Part shown: positions 57,318-63,321 of the stretch, piece after piece
Numbering within the stretch: position 1 is the first letter of the stretch
Layout: each line of letters opens with the position of its first letter
From: a virus
Lineage: Duplodnaviria > Caudoviricetes
DNA length: 63,321 bases
Reading direction: 5' to 3' (one strand)
Virus record (IMG/VR): IMGVR_UViG_3300042534_000414
Location: 1-63,321 of that record
The notes under the pieces: generated by a model
Told to the model about the DNA's origin: nothing
Databases searched by the model: none
What the model saw: only the letters and a program-made list of their open reading frames with translations
Position numbers and translations under genes: made by a program

Positions 57318-59173
57318 TGGCAATAAATGTACCTGCAATAGCGTTAGCTAGGGGCGAGGTTGCTCCTGATAACAGAGAAGTTTTATGGGAGGATACTTCC
57401 AACATGAATTTACCTTTTTACGAAAGGGTAAAGGCGTATGATAGTAATAGTACCCAATGGCGTATGGTTACACAATTCCCATTAGAATTACTAAACGAAT
57501 TACGTAAAGTAGATGGAGATGGTAGTGGATTAGACGCTAACTTCTTACAAGGAAGAACAGTTAACGATATTATACAATTAGCGAAAGATGGTTCATTTAC
57601 TTTACCTAGTGGATTTATTTTTATTGGTGATAGCTTGGGTAATGCTACTGCGAGAGCGTTAAGTGGTGATGCTACATTACAAAACACAGGTGCATTAATA
57701 TTAGCTGCAAGTGGGGTAACAGCAGGAACGTATGATTTAGCAACTGTAACTGTTGATGCTAAAGGTAGAGTAACAAGTGCTAGTAGTTACACAATTACTG
57801 TTGATGATATTCCTGAATTACCACAAAGCAAGATAACTGGATTGGTTACTGATTTAGGGAATAGAGAGTTGTTAGCTAACAAGGAGAATAGTGTAATTGA
57901 TACTTCAACTACTAAGTACCCTACGGTTAACTTATTGAAAATAGGATTAGATACTAAAGAGCCAACTATTACAGCTGGCACAACAGGGCAATATTACCGA
58001 GGCGACAAAACCTTTCAAACACTAGATAAAACAGCCGTTGGATTAGGTAACGTAGATAATACAAGTGATGCAAATAAGCCTGTAAGTTCAGCTCAACAAA
58101 CCGCTTTAGATGGTAAACAGGACACTTTAGTAAGCGGTACAAACATCAAAACAATAAACAGCGAAAGTTTATTAGGCGCAGGGAATATTACAATAAATAG
58201 CCAAAACTTAGGTACAAATGATTTAACACAAGTTGATGCTACACGTACTTATGAAATGGGTACTGGTAACAGAATACTTAGGTTTTTAAGTAATGCAGTT
58301 GAAAAAATAATATTCAATACAGCATCAGGAAGTCCAACTTTACAAGCAAATAAAAGTGGAAATGGTCCAGCTATTAAGGCTAATAAAACAAGTGGCAGTG
58401 GCTCGGCTTTTGAAGTTGTGGGGGGTACAAGTGATTTTGGTAGTAATAAACTAATCAACGTTGCAGACCCTACCAATCCACAAGATGCGAGTACTAAGGC
58501 TTACACAGATACTAAGAATATCAACGCATACGATGATGCCGATATTAGCCCACTAACAAGGCGTACAAAATACAGAGCTTTAGAATACATTGAGTTTGTT
58601 GATGATGCAATTAATGAAGAAACATTGGTGCAATTAAGAGCCGACAGCATTAAGGATGCGGAGGTAACAAGATTTGGCGAAAATGGGAGTGGGAATGTTG
58701 ATTTAAAAATACAAGAAAATAAACTACCAACAGGGGATGTTAACGGTTTTGCGATTGAATATACTGCAAGTGCTGAATGTATAATTGGTTTAGATGCTGA
58801 TAGCGAGATTAAAGAGTTTGAAGTAGTAGAAATTTACAACATTCTTAAAGAGGAGGATGTAACAGCCGATAAAACACTTGCTTTATTGGATATTAACGGA
58901 AATTCTGCAAACGTAAAAGCAAAGTTTGAAATTAGTGCAATAGCAGTACAAAATACAACCGCCAACGCTGTTACTCTTAACATTGGTAGTACTGCTTTAG
59001 GTACGGATGTTGTAAATGCTTTTGTTTTACCTGCAAGTTCGCCACCGATTAAACTACCTTTAGGCACAACTTTTTTTAGTATAACAAGCGGACAAAATTT
59101 ATTTATTTCTTCTGCTTTGTGGAATAGTGCAAGTATTAATATTCATGTAACAATTTCAAAGATATGGCAATAG
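57317..59173 (+). CDS. tail fibre protein
   Basis: DG.GSGLDA..LQG, TVDAKGRVT, VGLGNVDNTSDANKPVS, LVSGTNIKTIN and VADPT.PQDASTK fibre motifs. Confidence 0.8.
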   Translation: MAINVPAIALARGEVAPDNREVLWEDTSNMNLPFYERVKAYDSNSTQWRMVTQFPLELLNELRKVDGDGSGLDANFLQGRTVNDIIQLAKDGSFTLPSGFIFIGDSLGNATARALSGDATLQNTGALILAASGVTAGTYDLATVTVDAKGRVTSASSYTITVDDIPELPQSKITGLVTDLGNRELLANKENSVIDTSTTKYPTVNLLKIGLDTKEPTITAGTTGQYYRGDKTFQTLDKTAVGLGNVDNTSDANKPVSSAQQTALDGKQDTLVSGTNIKTINSESLLGAGNITINSQNLGTNDLTQVDATRTYEMGTGNRILRFLSNAVEKIIFNTASGSPTLQANKSGNGPAIKANKTSGSGSAFEVVGGTSDFGSNKLINVADPTNPQDASTKAYTDTKNINAYDDADISPLTRRTKYRALEYIEFVDDAINEETLVQLRADSIKDAEVTRFGENGSGNVDLKIQENKLPTGDVNGFAIEYTASAECIIGLDADSEIKEFEVVEIYNILKEEDVTADKTLALLDINGNSANVKAKFEISAIAVQNTTANAVTLNIGSTALGTDVVNAFVLPASSPPIKLPLGTTFFSITSGQNLFISSALWNSASINIHVTISKIWQ

Positions 59174-59928
59174 AACAAAAAATATTAACGTTTGGTACTA
59201 ACAAGGTTGGAACTATTGGTGGTAAGTTAATGGGGTTTGTTAATCCTATTTTAAAAGCTGTGCCATACGTTTGGTATAATAATGATTTAGATACAATTTC
59301 AAAAACAGGAGCGGATAGAGTAAGTGAATGGAGGGATAGCAGTGGTAATGGTAGGCACTTAACACAAGCAACGGGAGGAAGTCAGCCGTTGTGGGTTGAC
59401 AGTCTATTGAACGGACAAGGGGGAATTAATTTCGATGGTGCAAGTACAGCCAAATTTCTATCTACTACGTTTGCTAGTGATTTAACTGGAGTTGTTGATG
59501 TTTTTTTTATTGGTAGAATGTTGACCGCTCCGAGTACATTCCCTTATTATTTTGGTGGGGTATCTGCTACTAAGCGAATTATAATGTATTGGTTGTCTAA
59601 TAATTATTATTTAGTAACAACAGACCCGAGTGGCGAGTTATTTCCAGCCATTAAAGCGCAAACAATTCCCACAGGATTTCAGTATATGAACCCAACTTTT
59701 GATTCCACAAACTCAGAGTATAGAGAAAACAGGAATTTAATTTCTTCTTTTGTTTTGCGTTCGGTTGTTGCTAGTGGTTTAAGGTTTGGTGCTAACCAAG
59801 ATAATCCACCAAATGCGCAATCAAGATTAAACGGAACAATCATGGAGTTTGTTGCTTACAACAGAAAAGTAACAGCCGATGAACGAATTGCTATTAATGA
59901 TTATTTTATGTCGAAATATGGTTTATAA
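59164..59928 (+). CDS. LamG/concanavalin-like tail protein
   Basis: VSEWRDSSGNGRHLTQ...G.I.E...YNR...INDYFMSKYGL. Confidence 0.7.
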   Translation: MAIEQKILTFGTNKVGTIGGKLMGFVNPILKAVPYVWYNNDLDTISKTGADRVSEWRDSSGNGRHLTQATGGSQPLWVDSLLNGQGGINFDGASTAKFLSTTFASDLTGVVDVFFIGRMLTAPSTFPYYFGGVSATKRIIMYWLSNNYYLVTTDPSGELFPAIKAQTIPTGFQYMNPTFDSTNSEYRENRNLISSFVLRSVVASGLRFGANQDNPPNAQSRLNGTIMEFVAYNRKVTADERIAINDYFMSKYGL

Positions 59929-60373
59929 AATAGATTTAAGCGTTTACACAACGCAAATCCAAACATTAAATAATGAATGGATAACACAACATAGGGAGAA
60001 CAATCCACAAGATACCATTACACAACGTTATGTTGATGAATGGATATGGCGTGGGTTTGGTTATGTTGTTAAAGATGCAATTACAGAGCAGTATATTACT
60101 GATTTTGCGGAAATAGTGGAGGAATTACCAACAAGGTGGCACGAAGATAAAGCCGTTCAAATCATACAAAATAAAAGCGGTGTAGTTTGGGGGGCAATGA
60201 ATGAACCTGAGATTGCTATGGCTTTAGCAATGCACCGAAAAACAACGAATATGCAAACCTATGAAGAGGGCGATAAACTTTATTTCTATGCTGAAACAAT
60301 TCTACCTGAACACCAAGCGATTTTTGATGCCTATCCACAACTTGAAATAACTATAAACCATGCAGAAAACTAA
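59918..60373 (+). CDS. hypothetical protein (tail module)
   Basis: ORF 59879-60373; ATG at 59918 preferred. Confidence 0.55.
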   Translation: MVYKIDLSVYTTQIQTLNNEWITQHRENNPQDTITQRYVDEWIWRGFGYVVKDAITEQYITDFAEIVEELPTRWHEDKAVQIIQNKSGVVWGAMNEPEIAMALAMHRKTTNMQTYEEGDKLYFYAETILPEHQAIFDAYPQLEITINHAEN

Positions 60374-60500
60374 CATTGAAAGAGTTGCATTTATTGTATT
60401 ATTTGGAATATTTTTTTACTTGTTTGCGGTTAAATGCACATCAGATAAAAAGATAGATAAAGTAAAACATCCTCACTATCCTTATGTAATTGAAAAATGA
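60360..60500 (+). CDS. 46-aa membrane protein (not in the ORF track)
   Basis: MQKTNIERVAFIVLFGIFFYLFAVKC...; overlaps both neighbours. Confidence 0.5.
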   Translation: MQKTNIERVAFIVLFGIFFYLFAVKCTSDKKIDKVKHPHYPYVIEK

Positions 60501-60712
60501 AAATTAATTTTAACAATATGAGAAACAAATTAGCTATATTTTACAGCTTTGTTTCGGTGGTTTACCTTTTTTGCGTAACTTTTATGACTATACCTAAAGA
60601 TAACCATAGGGTAGTTGATACAGTACTAGGTTTTTTAATAGGTACTTTAGTTGCGACAATTATTAATTATTACTTTGGAGATAGTCAAACAAATTCTAAA
60701 CCAACTGAATAA
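60497..60712 (+). CDS. putative holin (two transmembrane helices)
   Basis: Two hydrophobic segments, TIINYYFGDS end. Confidence 0.55.
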   Translation: MKINFNNMRNKLAIFYSFVSVVYLFCVTFMTIPKDNHRVVDTVLGFLIGTLVATIINYYFGDSQTNSKPTE

Positions 60713-61218
60713 TGGAAAACTTTGAGCCATATACTGCACCTTATAAAGACCAATTGTTTGGTAAGCCTTACAGATTCTTTACAGAGAAAGCTGTTTATGT
60801 TAGCTTTTTAAAACAAGTAAATACATTTAAGTTAGGGATTAATTATTACAATTGTCTAAACCTAATTTTTAAAAGTAGGTTTTGGGAAACACATGGCTTC
60901 GATGCTAAAACATTTGTAAAGGATAACTACCAAGGTAACATTTCAAGTTTTTTTCATGACTACCCTTCACGTTGTGGTTTCGGTGGTAAAAAAAATGATA
61001 TTATTTTCTTATATTTGGAGCTTAAATCTGGAGCAGGTATAAAATGGGCATTTACTCAATACTTTGCTGTTAGGGTTGCTGCACAATTATTCATATTGAG
61101 AGATCACATAAAAGGAGAAAGAGTACAGGAACCAGAATGGCTTAAAGATTTGTATAAAGAAACAATTGTTAAACTAAAAAGAGAATATAAAATCAAATCA
61201 TGGAAATTACTAATCTAA
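60712..61218 (+). CDS. DUF1353-like protein
   Basis: FD...HDY...ND.IF...AVR pattern; located next to the lysin. Confidence 0.45.
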   Translation: MENFEPYTAPYKDQLFGKPYRFFTEKAVYVSFLKQVNTFKLGINYYNCLNLIFKSRFWETHGFDAKTFVKDNYQGNISSFFHDYPSRCGFGGKKNDIIFLYLELKSGAGIKWAFTQYFAVRVAAQLFILRDHIKGERVQEPEWLKDLYKETIVKLKREYKIKSWKLLI

Positions 61219-61655
61219 TCCTACCAAAAGCAACAAGACCTTTGAATAGCATTATTATTCATTGTGCAATGACAAGACCAACAATGAATACAAGTGTGTA
61301 TGATATAGAACAATGGCATAAGGCTCGAGGTTTTAACGAGATTGGTTATCACTATTACATTAAGTTTAATGGCTCACTACACTTAGGAAGAGATTTAAAT
61401 AAAGTAGGAGCGCATTGTAAAGGTAAAAATACAGGTAGTATTGGTATCTGTTTAGAAGGTGGTTGGGATGGTAAATATGACTATACGCCTGAACAAGAAA
61501 AAACCTTAGCTTCATTGTTAATTCACTTAACAGAAGAATACACAATTTCCTTACAGAACATACATGGACATAACGAGTTTGATAAGGGTAAGACTTGTCC
61601 GAACTTTTTTGTTCCTGATTGGGTAAAAAGATTAGATAAATATTTATTTGTATAA
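61200..61655 (+). CDS. endolysin, N-acetylmuramoyl-L-alanine amidase (Amidase_2, T7 lysozyme-like)
   Basis: IIIHCA, IGYHY, GAHC.G.N..SIGICL.GG, HGH...KTCP.F. Confidence 0.92.
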   Translation: MEITNLILPKATRPLNSIIIHCAMTRPTMNTSVYDIEQWHKARGFNEIGYHYYIKFNGSLHLGRDLNKVGAHCKGKNTGSIGICLEGGWDGKYDYTPEQEKTLASLLIHLTEEYTISLQNIHGHNEFDKGKTCPNFFVPDWVKRLDKYLFV

Positions 61656-61675
61656 AAATAAACGTATTTAAGAAC

Positions 61676-62002
61676 ATGAATGAGATAAACGATTTTACGA
61701 AATTAATTCTTAATGAACTAGAGCGAAATAGAACTAGCGTAGAGAATTTAAAATTAAATTTAGATAAAAAATTTGATGATTTGCAACGTGAAATTGTTAA
61801 AATACAAACAGCGGAAAAAGATTTGCACGATTTAAAACTGTGGCATAAAGAAGTGACTGATACATGGAGCGCAAGGCAGATGAAAGAAGCTAAAGATGAG
61901 ATTTATGATCAGAAAAATAAATGGTCTAAGGCAATCGGTTTATTAATTGCAATTGAAATAATAGTAGGCTTTATAATTTCGTGGATATTAAAGAAATTTT
62001 AA
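61676..62002 (+). CDS. coiled-coil protein with a C-terminal TM helix (holin/antiholin-like)
   Basis: AIGLLIAIEIIVGFIISWIL C-terminus. Confidence 0.55.
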   Translation: MNEINDFTKLILNELERNRTSVENLKLNLDKKFDDLQREIVKIQTAEKDLHDLKLWHKEVTDTWSARQMKEAKDEIYDQKNKWSKAIGLLIAIEIIVGFIISWILKKF

Positions 62003-62003
62003 A

Positions 62004-62420
62004 ATGGAAACATTTAAAAAATTTGAAGATATTAAAATCCTAAGTGAAAAAATATCGAATATTTTTAAGCAAAACGAATTGCTGAAAATGGCAATTAATA
62101 CAAGTCATGAAGGAATTGCAATTTTGAACGAAAAAGGAGAATACATTTATCTTAATAAAGCACACGCGGAAATGTTTGGTTATAGCGTAGATGAATTAAT
62201 TGGTAAAACGTGGCAAATTTTATATAAAGAAAAAGATGTTGAATACTTTGTAAATGAAGTATTCCCAATTATAGAGCAGAATGGTAAATGGTCGGGTAAA
62301 TATATTGGTTACGCTAAAAATGGAAATCCAGTAAATGAAGAAGTATATTTAACATCTTTACCAAACGGTGGTTTAGTATGCACTTGTAGAGTTGATATTT
62401 GTAAACCATGTAATAAATAA
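62004..62420 (+). CDS. stand-alone PAS-domain protein
   Basis: EGIAILNEKGEYIYLNKAHAEMFGYSVDELIGKTW..L...GKWSG......KNG: canonical PAS/PAC pattern. Confidence 0.85.
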   Translation: METFKKFEDIKILSEKISNIFKQNELLKMAINTSHEGIAILNEKGEYIYLNKAHAEMFGYSVDELIGKTWQILYKEKDVEYFVNEVFPIIEQNGKWSGKYIGYAKNGNPVNEEVYLTSLPNGGLVCTCRVDICKPCNK

Positions 62421-62437
62421 TTATTAATTTTAAAAAT

Positions 62438-62953
62438 ATGGAAAATATAAAAAACATAATCATTATCTTACTTAGTATAATACTTTTAAAATGTTGTTTA
62501 AAAGGTGAAGATAGAATTATAGAAACAGAGATTCAGTATTTACCTGGTAAATCTGATACTGTTTATATAACACATACAGTAGTTAAAAAAGATATTCTCC
62601 CTTCTTCTGTTACAGTTATTCGTGATACTATACGTGATACATTAGTTTACGAATTTAATCGTTTTACGACTGATTATAATGATAGTTTGTTAAGCTTACA
62701 AATTGTGCAAGATATAGATGGTGTATTACTTAAATCTGATATTCAATATACTTTTAAGCAACCATCAGTAACTAGAGTAGATACATTAAAAATAACCGAG
62801 CGTATAGAGAAAAATGGATTGTACATCGGTACACAATTTGGGTACAAGAACATCACTCCATACGCATCTTACTTATTCAAATCCTATAAGATAGATTTAG
62901 GAATTAATCTTTTTAATCGTACCCCTATGGTTGGTATTGGCGTAAAGCTTTAA
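62438..62953 (+). CDS. putative lipoprotein/spanin-like outer-membrane lysis protein
   Basis: Hydrophobic N-terminus ending in KCC; DTV/RDT repeats; C-terminal amphipathic beta strands. Confidence 0.5.
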   Translation: MENIKNIIIILLSIILLKCCLKGEDRIIETEIQYLPGKSDTVYITHTVVKKDILPSSVTVIRDTIRDTLVYEFNRFTTDYNDSLLSLQIVQDIDGVLLKSDIQYTFKQPSVTRVDTLKITERIEKNGLYIGTQFGYKNITPYASYLFKSYKIDLGINLFNRTPMVGIGVKL

Positions 62954-63214
62954 TTCTTCCTGTAAATCAAAAACCTTTTTCCATTTAGGATTATCCATTA
63001 GTTTTTCCCTATTACCAGTTTCCCACTCCATGTGTTCCTTAATTGTTTTAAGGATAATATTACGTTTATCCATTCTCATTTCTGGATATGCGCCTTTGCT
63101 TAGTATATGTGAAAAATAAGCAACATTAAAGCTCCCTAATGGCTCTCCTGATATTTCTGAATAGTGAGGGCGTTCTTTCCATATCTCTACAAATAAAGCA
63201 AATTCTCCTTTCAT
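62897..63214 (-). CDS. degenerate HNH/NinG-like protein
   Basis: SEISG..L...FSHILSKGAYPEMR...NI...H. Confidence 0.55.
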   Translation of the reverse strand: MKGEFALFVEIWKERPHYSEISGEPLGSFNVAYFSHILSKGAYPEMRMDKRNIILKTIKEHMEWETGNREKLMDNPKWKKVFDLQEELKLYANTNHRGTIKKINS

Positions 63215-63321
63215 TTAATTACGTAGTTTAGGGTTAGCATTTTTCTAAAGTGTGTATTGTACGTAGCTTTGTGTGTAACCTTACATATTATAGCTTCGGT
63301 AGGTGTATTCCCTTTTACGTG
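63195..63321. repeat. Terminal direct repeat (copy 2)
   Basis: Identical to 1-127. Confidence 0.9.

Larger units (their letters stand above)
221..62838. repeat. dispersed 9-mer TRCACAATT / AATTGTGYA, about 100 exact copies
   Basis: Manual scan, e.g. 221, 768, 1078, 2104, 2259, 2814, 3178, 3481, 5057, 6050, 7751, 9045, 10821, 12211, 16904, 19449, 21292, 22774, 24706, 26446, 31283, 35132, 39922, 44976, 49509, 52608, 57050, 62830. Confidence 0.93.

Noticed and set aside
63195-63321. 127-bp terminal repeat as a biological DTR
   Set aside because: The length matches a standard assembly k-mer and it falls mid-operon, so it is most likely a circular assembly overlap
1-63321. Alternative genetic code (stop-codon reassignment) and tRNA genes
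   Set aside because: Long genes are intact under the standard code with dense packing; no tRNA cloverleaf recognised by eye (tRNAscan-SE not run)

Overview
The window looks like a complete ~63.2 kb dsDNA tailed phage genome of a Bacteroidota (probably Flavobacteriia) host, assembled as a circle: bases 1-127 repeat exactly at 63195-63321. Host inference rests on TAnnTTTG promoters and A-rich leaders without Shine-Dalgarno sequences. Genes at 1-21.7 kb are on the minus strand. They comprise early genes, a beta-clamp-like protein, a winged-helix Rep-like protein, a stand-alone DnaA domain IV protein, a serine resolvase, primase-helicase, SSB, MazG, a YqaJ exonuclease and a putative annealing protein. 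Genes at 22.5-63 kb are on the plus strand: tandem GroES, AntA antirepressor, terminase, portal, scaffold, capsid, podovirus/crAss-like tail proteins, a 2728-aa ejection protein, tail fibres and lysis genes. I recognised no DNA polymerase, RNA polymerase, tRNA, CRISPR array or reverse transcriptase. The strongest unexplained signal is the 9-mer TRCACAATT/AATTGTGYA. I counted about 100 exact copies by hand, against roughly 2-3 expected by chance. It lies inside and between genes in both orientations and shares the TNCACA core of the DnaA box, and the phage encodes its own DnaA domain IV protein. Other highlights are an integron-attC-like cassette beside the resolvase, two promoter-terminator small-RNA candidates, an A10 slippery site and a ParB-like domain in the giant ejection protein, and a stand-alone PAS sensor in the lysis cassette. 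Protein calls come from recognising motifs by eye; no database searches were run.
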